Assembly: GCA_964016885.1 (NCBI GenBank)
Contig: OZ024741.1
Coordinates: 235,538,001-235,602,000 of the forward strand
Origin: Eledone cirrhosa
Lineage: Eukaryota
Direction of reading: 5' to 3'
Length of the DNA: 64,000 nt
This document shows, in pieces, positions 50,971 to 64,000 of this stretch (positions are counted from its first letter, which is position 1; each line of letters starts with the position of its first letter). The notes under the pieces were generated by a model. That model saw only the letters and a program-made list of their open reading frames with translations. It was not told the origin of the DNA and ran no database searches. A program made the translations under genes and the position numbers.

Positions 50971-51611
50971 GTTGTGTATATATGTGTATGAAGTGTTTCT
51001 GTTTTCATGTCTATGTACATCTCTCTCTAAGTATATGTGTATATATGTATGTATGTGTATGCATCTATGTATGTGTGTATGTAGATATGTGTGTGTAGGT
51101 ATAGGGGTGAGTGAAGGCAGTACTGAAGGGGGTAGATGAAAGGGTGGGAGGGAGGGAAGACAACACTGGAAGGTTGCTTTTGGGTGTGGGTTGGGTATAA
51201 TGTTGGTGTTGGGTAGGGGCGGATAGTGTGTTGGGTAGGTCAAGGGTAGGTTGGTGACTGGCAGGCTGGCTGGGTGGTTGGGAGGGGGGAGCTGGTTGGG
51301 TAGTTGGGAGGGGGAGCTGGTTGGGTGGTTGGTTCATTGGTTGCTTAGGTGGAGAGAGAGAGTGGTTGGGTGGGTGTGGTAGTAGTATAGGAGAGAGTGG
51401 GAGGTGGGGGAGTAGGTGGGTGAGGTATGAGAGAAATATAGGATGTATGGTAGTGGTGGGGGGGGGGATATGGAGGGGTGGTGGGGGTGGTTTTGTAGGT
51501 GGCAAACTAGAGAGGTGGGATGGAGGGGAGGGGGTAAGTGGAGTAGTAGCAGAAGGTGAAAGGATAGGGGTGGAGGTGAAGGAGGAGAGTGGTGTCTGTT
51601 AGAATGATGAT

Positions 51612-51647
<36 letters not shown>

Positions 51648-52127
51648 GGAGTAGTGGGGGAGTGGTGGTGTTGGTTGTGGTGGTGGTGTTGGAGCATTGG
51701 GTGGGTGACAGAATGACTAGGGGGTGGATGAGTAGGTGGGAATAAATAAATAAATAAATAAAGGACAGGCCTTGAAAGGGGTGGGGGAAGGGGTGTGGAG
51801 GTTAGCCTAGAAACCAATGGGAGGTGGTGTGGATGGTGGGGTGATGGTGGTGGGATATGTATGGCATGGAGAGTATGTGGGTGTGTGCCTTAGTGGTGGT
51901 GGTAGTGGCGCGGTGGATGGAGTGGGTGAGGGTGGGTGAAGTAGAGAAAAACAAAGAAAGAGGGTGGTAGAGAGTAAGGAGAGAAGGAGAGGGTGGGAGA
52001 GAGGTGACATATGTTTAGCAGAGTGAAAGAGAAGGAAAGAGGGGAGAGAGAATGAACAAGAGAAACTGAGAAAGCAGAGAGGGGGGGGGAAGAGAGGGAG
52101 AGAATAAAAAAAAATTGAATGAATGAT

Positions 52128-52160
<33 letters not shown>

Positions 52161-52735
52161 GAGAAATAGAGACACTATAAAATAAAGGAGAAAAAGATAG
52201 AGGTGGAGAAAGAGACAGACAGATAGACAGATAGATAGACAGACAGATAGACAGATAGATAGACAGACAGATAGACAGACAGATAGACAGACAGATAGAC
52301 AGACAGATAGACAGACAGACAGACAGACAGATAGACAGAAAAAAGAGAAAGACTAAGAAACGGAAACGGGGAGAGAGAGAATAATATGAGAGAATAAGAC
52401 ATAGATGAAGGAGAGAAAGAGGGTGAGAGAAAGAAGAGTGTGATAGGTAAATGAGAGTGTGAGAGAGAGAAAAAGAGAGAGGTGAGTTGAGTGTATATAG
52501 TTAGATGTATGTATAACTATATGTTGTGTGTACACATATATATGTATGTACAGCCCCCCCCCCCCACCTCCATATATATAAATTTATATATCTAAATATA
52601 TATATATATATTTGTGTGTGTTTGAATGTGGGTGTATATATACATTTGCGCGTGTGTATGTATGTATGTATCTATTTATCATGTCTATATGTATGTATAT
52701 ATGTCTGTATTTATATATATCTATATATATACATA

Positions 52736-52782
<47 letters not shown>

Positions 52783-52809
52783 ATATATATATATATATGT
52801 GTATATATA

Positions 52810-52860
<51 letters not shown>

Positions 52861-52893
52861 ATATATATACATATATGTGTATATATATATATA

Positions 52894-52956
<63 letters not shown>

Positions 52957-54010
52957 TTATATCTATATCTATATATATATATATATAAATATATATATAT
53001 ATAAATACTTTTATATATATATACTTATATATATATATATGATAAATATAGACGCACATATACATACACAGACACACTCATATATGTGTGTGTGTGTGTG
53101 TGTGTGTTTGTGTGTGTGTCTGTATGTATATGTGCGTCTATATTTATCATCTTATATATATATATTTTTGTGTGTGTGTTGGTGTAGCTATATATGTGTG
53201 ATATATGTGTGTGTATGTGAAAAGAAGAATTAAGGTGGGGAGGTGAATACAGTGATAGAGTAAGAGAGTAAGAGAGAAACGTAGATTGTATGAGAGAGAA
53301 AGAGGGAGGTGTGTGAGAGGGAGGAGATTTTTAGAAATAGGTAAGGGGTAGTAAAGGGAAGATATGGGTGTGATGTAGCGTATGTGTGTGTGTGTATACA
53401 ATTTGTGTGTTGTATGGAGGTGTGTGTGTAGGGCGTACGAGGTTGGGGTATGTGTGGAGGTGTTTCTATGATGTGGTGTGGTGGAGGGTGTTTGTTCGGT
53501 AGTGTGTGGTGTGTGTCTGTGTTTGTGTGTCTATGTGTCTTTCTTTCTGTATGTGTGTGTGAGTGGATTTGTTGGATGTTTGGTGAGTATGGTGTGGTGT
53601 GTGGTGTATGATGTGTGTATATGTGTAGGGGTGGAGAGTGGTGTGTATGCGTATGTGTGTGTATATGTATAAGAGGAAAACTGAAGGATGTAATGTAAAG
53701 CGTCTGTATGTGTGTGAGTGTGTGTGAAGTAGGGGAGGGGAGAAGATCGTGGCATGGGTAGAAGAGAGTGGGTGGATGTTTAAAAAAGGAGTGGTGGGGC
53801 GGTGAAGAAAGAGACAGACAGGCAGACGGACGGACATGCAGGCAGACGGACAGACAGACAGAGAGTGGATGGAGTGGGAGAAAAATAAAGATAGAGGAAG
53901 GTAGAAAGAGAGGGAGTGTGTGTAGGTGTGGTGGTAAAGGAAAGAGAGGGAGTATGTGTGTAGGTGTGGTGGAAAGGGAAAAAGAAAGAGTGAGTCTGTG
54001 AGAGAGAGGA
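50640..54010. repeat. Compound low-complexity and microsatellite region (TA, TG, GA, GACA/GATA, G-rich)
   Basis: Directly visible. Confidence 0.9.
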
Positions 54011-55298
54011 GGTTATTATGAGAGAGTGTTGTTATATGTTGAATTATCTCTTACAGTCGAGAGAGGAAGGACGGAGGTCAGTTAACCACAGACAGCCAGT
54101 TCGCATGTTCGGCCCACAGAGAAGTAAAGGTATTTTTTAGATGCTGTTGTCTCTCTCCAGACTAACAAGGGAAAGAAAAGCTCTACACCCTGCTTTCATA
54201 TATATACACAAACATTATAAATACTCTAATATACTCACACACACACACACATATATATATAAACACTGACTTCTACAATACTTATATATATATAACTATA
54301 TATATATACTTTGAAACAAAAGTATTACCACACAGATCCACCTACAATCACTTACGCCAACCACCTATATATATATACTCTTACAAATATACATCTACAC
54401 AAATATACAATTATAAATACATAAACAGACAACGAGTAAGTGATAAAGAGAAGTAAACAAAACATAATCAGACCGAGAGAGAGAAAGGAAAAAGAAGAAT
54501 AAGGATAGTGTCGACGGAGGTGTTTGTGTCTGTCTTGTTAAGAAGTGTCACCCCCACCACGACTGGTTTCAATACACCACCAGTTTTGTCCTTTGCATCA
54601 AGTATCCAACACCACACCAATCTTGTCCTTTCCGTCAAGGTAAGAGAAGTCTTTGGATTTTTCTCTCAAACTCTTCATCTTTGTCTCCATTTCTGCGTTA
54701 GTGTGTATATATAATGTGTCTAACTATGTTCATTTAGCAGTATGTATGTGTCTCAAGTTGTGTATATTGAAGTTTGTCTGTGAGTTCCTCAAATTTCTAT
54801 TTGTCTCTGTTAATGTGTATCTCCTTTCATTCGTGTTTTCTCTATACAGGTGTGCATCAATGTATTTATGTAAGAAAACGTGATTCGTGAAACTTTGTGT
54901 ATATTTTATATACATGTTTGTATATATGTGTTGTAGAAGTCTATTGGTGTATGTGTATCACTAACTTTATATCGTTTTGTGTGTAACTGACTATGCGTGT
55001 GACTATCTGTTTATACATTTGTGAGAGCGGGCCAGTGTTTGCGGATGTTTCACTTAGACTGTCTCCAATTTTGTGTGTGTGCGTATGTATGTGTTTACAC
55101 ACACACATATATATAATGTGTGTGTGTGTATGTTCGATTTATATGTAAATGTGACATCTCACTGTCTTTATCTCTATTTCTCCATCAGGCGAATTTTCTG
55201 CTCTTACCTGTCACTCGCTCTTTCGTACACATGTATATATACATATGTGTGAGAGTCCCGGGTTCAATCGGGGCTAAATACATTAGAGTGTAAACATC

Positions 55299-55432
55299 AA
55301 GTTTAATATAGAAATAGCTTCTACGGGACTAGAACTGTTTTATTCAAAATAAATCACCAGGAAAACTTTCCTGATGATTTATTTTGAATGAAACAGTTCT
55401 AGTCCTGTAGAAGCTAATTCTATATTAAACTT
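55299..55432. mobile_element. Compact fold-back with paired hammerhead-like arms
   Basis: Arms of about 66 bp around a 2-nt loop; + arm ttc-CTGATGA-tttattttgaat-GAAA-CAG ttctagtc CTG-TA-gaa; - arm core mutated. Confidence 0.8.
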
Positions 55433-56919
55433 TATATATAATATATGTATGTATGTGACTTACCTGTGTGTTTATATATATATTACTGTACTCATACAGA
55501 CTTCATGTGGGTGTATTAAATGTGTAGATGTAGCCACACACTCATAAGTGTATGTAAAAGAAAAGAATATATGTATGTATGTAATACTCTCTTTAAAAGT
55601 TTTTTGCGGTGGGGGGGGGGGGGGGGGTCCTTAAAAAGGTACATTAAAAAAAAAAGCAGTTGGTAGATGATGTAATTGAAAATTAAATCGGGGATGTAGG
55701 TTCGATTTGTACATGAGACAGTTTTTAAAATTCTGTTGCGTTTATATTTGTGTAAAACCAGTCTTTCCTATTCTCACTTAAATTCCATGTCCGTATACAT
55801 ATCTATCATATATTCATACACATATGTATATTTATGTACGTATATAGCCGATACGAGGGGGAACTTTAGCTGAAACTAAATGAATATACTGTTACCACAT
55901 GTATTGAGTACTTCCCCCAAGAGCATATCTGTTTTTGATTAAACTCAGGCACGTGTTGTTTTATAGAAGATGGGATCTTCATGCCTTTCCGAATAGTAAT
56001 TAGAATTGTTAGTTGAAAAGAGATCACTTTAATCAGGACTTTAGAATGAGTTGCCGTGTAACTCAACTGGGGGCTGATCGAGACAAATCGGCTTACGGAG
56101 CCAGAAAGAGGGAGCGAGTCTCTGTTTGGTCAATTGGTTCCTCTCTTTTTATATTTTAAATGATGGAAGGGCAGTACTCAGGAAACTTTATCAAGTTGAT
56201 AGAACAAGGTAGGAAGGTACCCAAAGGCCAGGTGTTGTTAAACAGGTCGGCAGGTTAAACCTGTCACTCTAAAACAAGAAAGGTCCTTTTGACGAGCTTC
56301 CACAGCTTGTCTATTAAACTTGATCCCAGGCCTTCAGTCCACCCGAGGTGCCGCCCAGCGCGGACGGACAGCTTAACCACACAGCCATGCTGTGTGCAAG
56401 ATATAGCAGCCAAATCCATTGACTCACCCTACCGTATTAAATAAACAACATAAGGAATAACACATTGGATAATGTATTTCAGATTCACTGACAGGCAAAA
56501 TAAACGTGATGGTCACGACTGAGAAGCTTCTGATATAGGTCTGCTCGTCCACAAACTTTGATAAACTACATGATTGATAAATTGATGCGGCATCTGAAAA
56601 CATACAAACATTTCCCTATTCACTCTCTTTGTCCCACTTCTACTTTCTCATACTGACCACTTCCACATATACAATACGACAGGCTACATCACATACATAT
56701 ACACGAACTCCCTGACACACACACACACACACACACACACAAAGCTTCATTTCTCTGGTTTCGCTTTAACAAAGGACTTTGTATGGGTGTGTTTTTGATG
56801 GGGTGGGGGTGTTTATGTGCGCGTCAACACAAGCTACTGTCCTTTAGTGTTAGCAGATGGATATTGTGTGCGTGCACACACACGTGTATGTATGTGTGTG
56901 TGTGTGTATATATATATAC

Positions 56920-56975
<56 letters not shown>

Positions 56976-57489
56976 TTTACAAGTATAACATCATACCAAT
57001 GTACTAGAGGGGTACATTTAATAAACATTTGTTTCGTTTTTAGAGCGAGGTTTTCATTAATGATATATACTACACATAATTATTAATACTGATACATATA
57101 TGATAATGCTGATGATGATTATCATCACAATAATATATAAACTCTACGAGCCTTGTGTCCCATCCAGGAGAGAGTATTAAAACCAGAAATAGCTCCGTCC
57201 GATATACGTCTCGACTTAGTACAGATTTTAACTATATATGCATACATACACCCAAATATATATATATACATACATATATGTGTGTGGACATATATATTCA
57301 GGAGCCTGTATACCAATACCAGCATGATATCTCATTCACTGGTTTGGTTATGCAATCATTACTTCTGATACAAAACCTTATTTTATAGTGTTTATAATTA
57401 TCTAAAAATTTTGTCATAATAAATTACATCCCAACCTAATGATAAAAAAAAGTAGTTATATTAGAAAATCCCTCTAAAGTTTTGGTTGT

Positions 57490-57700
57490 TTTCAGAATTA
57501 TTTGAAAACCACGTTTTCCATGGACATAAGGGTGATGTTTCACCGTTCGTGTCCTAAGTTTGTCAGCAGATGTGACACCACCAGGCTTTTGACTGGTTTT
57601 GGAAGGATATGTACAGTTCATCCTCTTGTGAATCTGTTCCTAGATGATCATTTGGGTGGCAAGCAACTGTGTGTCCTGTAACTTGGCCAAAAAAATCTGA
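57490..57700 (-). pseudogene. Possible decayed PIF/Harbinger-type transposase
   Basis: Frame-hopping ISF..SKAW.CHI../DK...KRGFQI resembles the ISF.SKAWGG..SDK...DRGF.I motif; weak. Confidence 0.25.
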
Positions 57701-58639
57701 TTTAGAAACAGACAGCCTTTGGTTGTCAAAGACAAAAGGAAACAAGTTTTCTGTGATATGATGAAAACATCACTATATAAAAGGCCAAACATGTGTCACC
57801 TTTTTGTTTGTTGGTTTCAAACATTTTTTCACTATATAAATATGGATAAAGTAAGGGCTGTACTGAGAAAGACGAAGAGGAAAGAAAAGTGAAATAGATC
57901 GCCAGGTGGGATTGTTTGATCAGACGTTCCAATCATGACAGTATGTAGTAGGATCTCAGTATCTAACGTATCCTTCCTTTTTATAAGATAACATAAGGTG
58001 TTAGAGGAGATTTGACCTGCTATTTCTAGCAGCTCTGATGGCCATAATGCAGCTACTGTCCCCTTGGCTCAAAAAGTTGCTTTTCCTTGTTTAATTTGTG
58101 TGTATAGAATCTGACTGAATACTTGATGTGCTGATGTCATGACCTAGAGGTCATAAGGTCAGGACCTCAGCTTTGGGCAAACAGTATTTTGTTTCAATTT
58201 TCCATGGTGATAGATGTTTCTATTGGTGATATACAGTGACAAAAACTACAAAATCCAACAGGGAGTCAATAAATGAGCTGCTGCATGGTCGATCTGCTAG
58301 AAATAGCAGACAAATCACTCTGAAATCACATTTTCCCTATTGTTTTCAACAAAAAGGACACATTGAATAATATGGTTTCTGGTATTTAAAGAGAGAATTA
58401 TCATTGCTCAGAGCTGGTCTGAGGGGGGAACACCCACACCATATATCAATTGACCCCACCTTTGCTGGATTATAGAAACATTACAAAGTTGAAAACTCTC
58501 TAGCCCTCAACTAAAAAGATATGGTGTCGAATGTTTTAAGTCTAGTGCTACATACTAATGTGAATTAACTAGTCTGCTATATGGCATATATACAAGTATA
58601 GTCGACAAGATTAGAGTTTAAAATGAGTGTAGTGATACA

Positions 58640-59100
58640 TTTAATGTGTAGGTGGGAGCCCGCTAGGGTTTTGTCCTCAGTCCCCTTTTGTTTGTTATAA
58701 CAGCTGATCATGGGAACCCCTAAATGTTGATGACCTGAAGCAAAACCTGGAATTGAAAGGCCTCAGTCAATCTCTCAAAGACTAATGTCCTAGTACATAG
58801 AAAAGAAGACATTCCTGATTCCATCAGTAGAAAGGCCATGCTTAGTGTAAACTGAGAAAAATTGGGCATAAGAGAGATCAAATACAGTGTGAATAAGAAA
58901 AAACTGCAATAGTATAGGCATGTGATATGTATAAAGGATGACAGTTGTATAAAGAAATGTAGGGCATTCAGTGGATGAAACCCAAGGAAAAGTAAGGCCT
59001 AGGAAAAGACGGGATGATGTGGTGACCACATAGAAGAGTTGATGCAGTGTCAAGTTGATTGGTGGTTTGCCATACTAAAAAAGACCTGCCTCTCCATAGG
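58640..59100 (+). mobile_element. Highly decayed RTE fragment
   Basis: Remnants of QGSVLSPLLF, KGL.VNLSKT and KDDSCIKKC. Confidence 0.65.
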
Positions 59101-61056
59101 ATCAGGATGAAACAAGCATGAGGAGGATGGCAGTTTGGTGGTAGAGCAGTATATCAATATTTAGGTTCCCCCACCCCTGCCAATTTGCCTCTTCCTCTTG
59201 AAACCCCACCCATAGTCTACCATAATTGGCTCTTTCTCTCATTCCTTCACCTATCCACTTTTATACACACCACCCTGCACATATCCGTCTTATTAACCCC
59301 CTACCTACATCCCACGGTAAGCTGCTAGTCATCATTTTCCCCTCTCTTCAAGGTCTCCACCATCACCCAAACACTTGCTCTCATCTCCACTCCCATCACT
59401 TCTCTCTGGCTGAAGACACAAGAGCCATCCTAGTGTAAAGTTGTGCTGGTATCACAGTAAAATGCACCTGCACACATTGTAAAGTGGTTGGTATTAGGAC
59501 AGGCATCCAACCATAGAAACCATTGCCAAAATGAAATGCATAAGCAAGACATGGTCATTTGATCTATCTACTCTCAGGAGACAGATCATCCAACTAAGGG
59601 CAATATATCTATACATATATATATCTGAAATGCCTTTGATTATGTCTGTTGATGGAGTCTGAGCTGGGACTAAACAATGCCAGCCAACAAGGAAGCCTCT
59701 ACATTGTCACTAAGCCTACTAGAAATAATGACCAAATCTCCCTCAGATTAAAAATAAATGAAAACTTACATTGCCCAAAAGTGTCTTGTATATTCAAAAA
59801 GATGAGATGATCATAACTGAAATGGGTTTTTGTTTTATGAGGTCCCACCTGGGGCTAAATAACCATAACAGTAACCAATCAAGAATTAGAGATCAGCTCT
59901 ACATTAAGTAGTACTTATTACTCCACTATGGAGAGGGATCAGTTGGTACTCTAAATTTGAAGAGGTCATGTTTTGGGCTTACACAGGCAAGTGTCTTCTA
60001 CTTTAGCCCTCAGTCAGATTGACCAATGTCTTGTGAGTGAAATTTGGTAGTCTGTCATTGCTTTGCTTTTTTTTATGCTTCTACTTGGAACTCTTGTCGC
60101 TATTTCAACCAATGATACTCATTATGCATATGCCTGTACTGGTGCAAATCTCTCTATATATGTGGAGATATTGTTATATTTGGGAATGCTCATGTTGCCA
60201 ATAAGAATGCAGGCACTACTTGACTTTCACTTCAGCTTTATTATTATTAGTTATTGGTTTAATATGTCAAAGCTCTTTCATCACACATTCTGTGGCCTCC
60301 TCAATGACTATTTCTTATTTGTATCTCTTCTTTCTGGCCCTATTCTGTTTACTCCATCTTGTCTTTCTGCAGTACATATCCTTGTCTGTATATTTATATA
60401 TGGATTCACACACACACACATACATAAGTATGCATACATATTAATATACACTAGGCTTAAAAAGCTAATGTTAAAGTCAGCCAGAGGCTATTTGTGTGTG
60501 TGTATGTGTGCACCTGTAGCTGTGTATGATAGATTTATATGTGTGTGTGTGTGTGCGCATATTGTATGAGATGTTATCAATGGTAACAAGGCCATGATGT
60601 ATGTAGTGGTGGTAACAAGATTGGTTATAGTATTGAGCTGTCAATAAAACTTCTATTTGGGTGTGTATATAGATGTCTGTGTGTGTACGTATATGCACTG
60701 TTTCATCCAGAAAATAAGGTCTTGAAATATTAAGACTTGGAAAGTGGGAAAAATTCAAAAAAGTAAATATCAAAAATAAGATTTAAAAAAAAAAAAGCTG
60801 AAACGGTCATATTTTCAATTCTTGTTTTAGAAAGTTTTCCCCCAATTCCCAACACATGCACATTCATATATATATATATATGTATGTGTATCCTGGTTTT
60901 TAGAATAGGTGCGACATATCCCTCTGTTGTAAGAAGCAATTAAATTGGTTAGCATCAGGAAGGGCATCCAGCTGTAAAAAATTGTCTCCAACCACCCTTC
61001 CAAACCCATGCTAACATAAAAAGTAGGTGTAAAAACGATGATGACATGATTGATAT

Positions 61057-61146
61057 ATATGATATACACACATATGTGGGTGTAGGTATATGATATACAC
61101 ACATATGTGGGTGTAGGTATGAGATACACACATATGTGGGTGTAGA
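61057..61146. repeat. Tandem repeat, 3 copies of about 30 bp
   Basis: atgatatacacacatatgtgggtgtagg. Confidence 0.85.
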
Positions 61147-62102
61147 TGCAGGCCTGGCTCTCTACTTAGAAAGATCGTTTCATAATTTCATGTTTCTGTA
61201 TTCAAACCCACTATACCACACATTGGATGTCTTGTGACACACATTTAACTGTTTGAGAAGAGTGTAAGGTACCCAATGAGATTAAAACCTATCAAAGGGC
61301 ACCTGGCATATTGAAATAAACGTTGCTGTGCTGCTCTGGCTCTTTGAAGATAAGTGACATAATTATAGCACCTATGATAGGAATAACTAATATATTGGCT
61401 GCCAAAGATCCTAGTTTATATTTGTTTTAATTGTGTTCGAATTCCAGCCAATATAACATTTGTAGTCCAACCCTTGTTAGCAGAGAAATGGACATTAAAC
61501 AATGATGATGATGATGTGTCAAGGTTACAAACTAAAAATTGAAATTCTGGTGCAATAGTGAATCACTGTAACAAGAAAAACAAACAAAATTAAAAACAAT
61601 GTGGTTTAGATTAGATTCTTGAGGTTCTCTAAAGACAGGAAAAGTTTGTGTTCCATTCTACAGACACACAATGACTGTTTTACCATCTTTAAAATTTGAA
61701 ACATATGACAAACCTTCATACGTACAATGTACAACAGAAATATATATCTGGAAGCCAACCATAGACTGCCATGAAATACCACTTCATGAGCTAACGAAGG
61801 AGTGACTGTTGTTAGTTACCTCAGCCTGCAGAAAATAACAACCAAATCTCCCTCAAAGTATAACCTACTGTCTTTTAAATGGAACGACATGTTGGATAAT
61901 GCCTGGGGGTGGGGAACTGACTAGATGGATATACCTGGAATGTCTGATCATAAGTCTGCTTGTTCAGTACTGGAAGGAGTGCTTGGGGCTAAAGGATAGA
62001 CAGAAACTGCAAGCTGAGAAAGCCTCTACATGGTCACTCGACATGCTAAAAATAGCAGTCAAATCACAGCCTACCATCTTAAAGGGGGAAAACACATTAA
62101 AT

Positions 62103-62272
62103 AATTGTTTCTACTTTAGGCACAAGGCCAGCAATTACCCAGTACATTACTGGTACTTTATTTTATCGACCCCGTAAGGATGAAAGGCAAAGTTAACCTT
62201 GGCAGGATTTGAACTCAGACTGTAAAGGGACGTAACTATGGTAGAAAGCATGGCGTCCAACCCTCTACCGAT
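62103..62272 (-). mobile_element. SINE family B lacking its 5' tip
   Basis: Matches 41098-41275. Confidence 0.8.
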
Positions 62273-63428
62273 ATGTTCTCTGAGATAAGTAATGGTAATG
62301 CCTGTAAATAAGATAGGGTAGTCATGGCTGAAATGGTTTAAATTATAGATCTGCTTCAGTAAGAGCTGATCTATTTCAGTACCAGTAGAAACATCTGTCT
62401 TTGAGAATGGATCCTACCTACAATTTTAGACTCTTCTTTTTCCTCACACCAGTTTATTTTACTTGTGAAAAGTAGTTAGTAATTAAACTCATTAACTACT
62501 AACACAAACTACCATTATTTTATCTCAGTTGAACCCCTGTCCTTTGCAATTCCAGGAAACAACTGATTCCAAATTCCCAACTCCTTCAAACTTCCCCTTG
62601 TTAGAACTCAGTTCAAAATTTCAAGAAAAACCACATGTAGGTGGGTTATAGTGGACAGTATAACACCCTGCAAGGAATTATTAGAAAATATTTGCAAATG
62701 GGTTTTGTTAATTCAAATGTTTATAGTATGTTTACTAGTGGACAGTTCATTGTGAAACATTTCAGTATTGGAGTAAAGACATTTTAATGTGATGCAGTCA
62801 TCATGTTGTTTTATACTTTTCAAGAATGTCTTGTTAATGCGGTTTCATGCAGTACAGCTTGTTAAGAGCTAACTCTTAAATCCTGTAGATTTAGCAGAAA
62901 ATATCTAAAAATGGGTTTGTTAATTCAGTTGTTTATAATGTCTTTACAGTTAACCCTTTAACATCCTGTAATGATTCCGAAAATATTTTTAAATGGGTTG
63001 TGTTCATTCAAATGTTTATAGTAAAATTCATAGTGTGAGAGAAAAGACTTAGATTTTTAATATAACAGTCTTCAACATAAAATTGACTCATTTATGTGGG
63101 TAGTCAACCTGACTCCCTTAAAGTATAACTGTGAGGGCATATTAGCTTAGTAGTTAGGGTGTTTGGTTCATTATTGTAAGGTCATGGTTTAAATTCCCAA
63201 ATTGGCTGGTCCATTGTGTCATTGAGCAAGGTACTTCATTTCACTCGGCTGAAAAATCAACTGCGTGTTAACCTCCCGAATGACTGACAGCATACCAAAC
63301 CATGATGAATAGTTTTAAGACTAGAACCATACAGGTAGTCTTATATTTCCAGTCACTAAATACCTCAAAAAATAAACGAGCTCTAATCTGATGAACTCCT
63401 GTTCAAGAAAGACTCACTTTTGACTTAA

Positions 63429-63817
63429 CCCTTTAGCATTTAAACCGGCCAGAATTCTTTCACCCCTTTCTGTTCAAACTGGCTGTAACTGGCCACTCAT
63501 ATTAATGTTATGGTATTGTTTTCAAAATAAGTAATATCAAAATCTCATAGGCTCGATATTATGTGAGGTAAAGCCTTTACCATGAAAATACAATAGTAAA
63601 TATAGAATAATTGTTTCTACTATTGGCACAAGGCCAGCAATTACCCAGTACATTACTGGTACTTTATTTTATCGACCCTGTAAGGATGAAAGGCAAAGTT
63701 AACCTCGGCGGGATTTGAACTCAGAATGGCAAGGGCCGTAACTCTGTGTCAAAGCATGGCGTCCAACCCTCTACCGATACTGCCAATTCACCGCAGAATA
63801 ATGTAAATACTAAAGGG
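63429..63817. mobile_element. piggyBac-type MITE with nested SINE B (63612-63794)
   Basis: TTAA|CCCTTTAGCATTTA ... TAAATACTAAAGGG|TTAA; SINE flanked by agaataat duplication. Confidence 0.8.
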
Positions 63818-64000
63818 TTAAGCAAGCACTATTATAGATAGATTAAACATGTAGTGATCAGTGATTCCACATGTCCTGATGCAGTACAGTATTTTAGATG
63901 ACAATTAGATAACTACTTTATATTGCACTTTGTGGATAGCATGTTACAAGTTAATCAGTAACTCTATACTCATCAACCTTCGATTGTCATCTTTTCCAGA

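Noticed and set aside
60063-60569. 168-aa hydrophobic ORF as a membrane protein
   Set aside because: Non-ATG start, T-rich bias, runs through microsatellites, no recognisable motif

Overview
AT-rich, microsatellite-dense eukaryotic (animal) DNA; the repeat content suggests a mollusc such as an octopus (inference only). No host protein-coding exon can be supported, and almost all listed ORFs are microsatellite translations or retroelement fragments. The window holds: (1) about 10 RTE-clade LINE copies (APE + RT with a PHD-like finger inside the RT, (GAT)n tails), including two near-identical young copies; (2) two tRNA-derived SINE families, one sharing its tail and body with the RTEs; (3) an internally deleted Tc1/mariner element and several MITEs; (4) more than 20 type-I hammerhead ribozyme motifs read by eye, intact or degenerate, from several unrelated families. 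Many hammerheads sit as inverted pairs in short fold-back elements at (TA)n tracts. One 2.5-kb palindrome also carries a GIY-YIG C-terminus, linking the set to Penelope-like elements (PLEs). All structures were read by eye, not computed, so coordinates may be off by a few bases.
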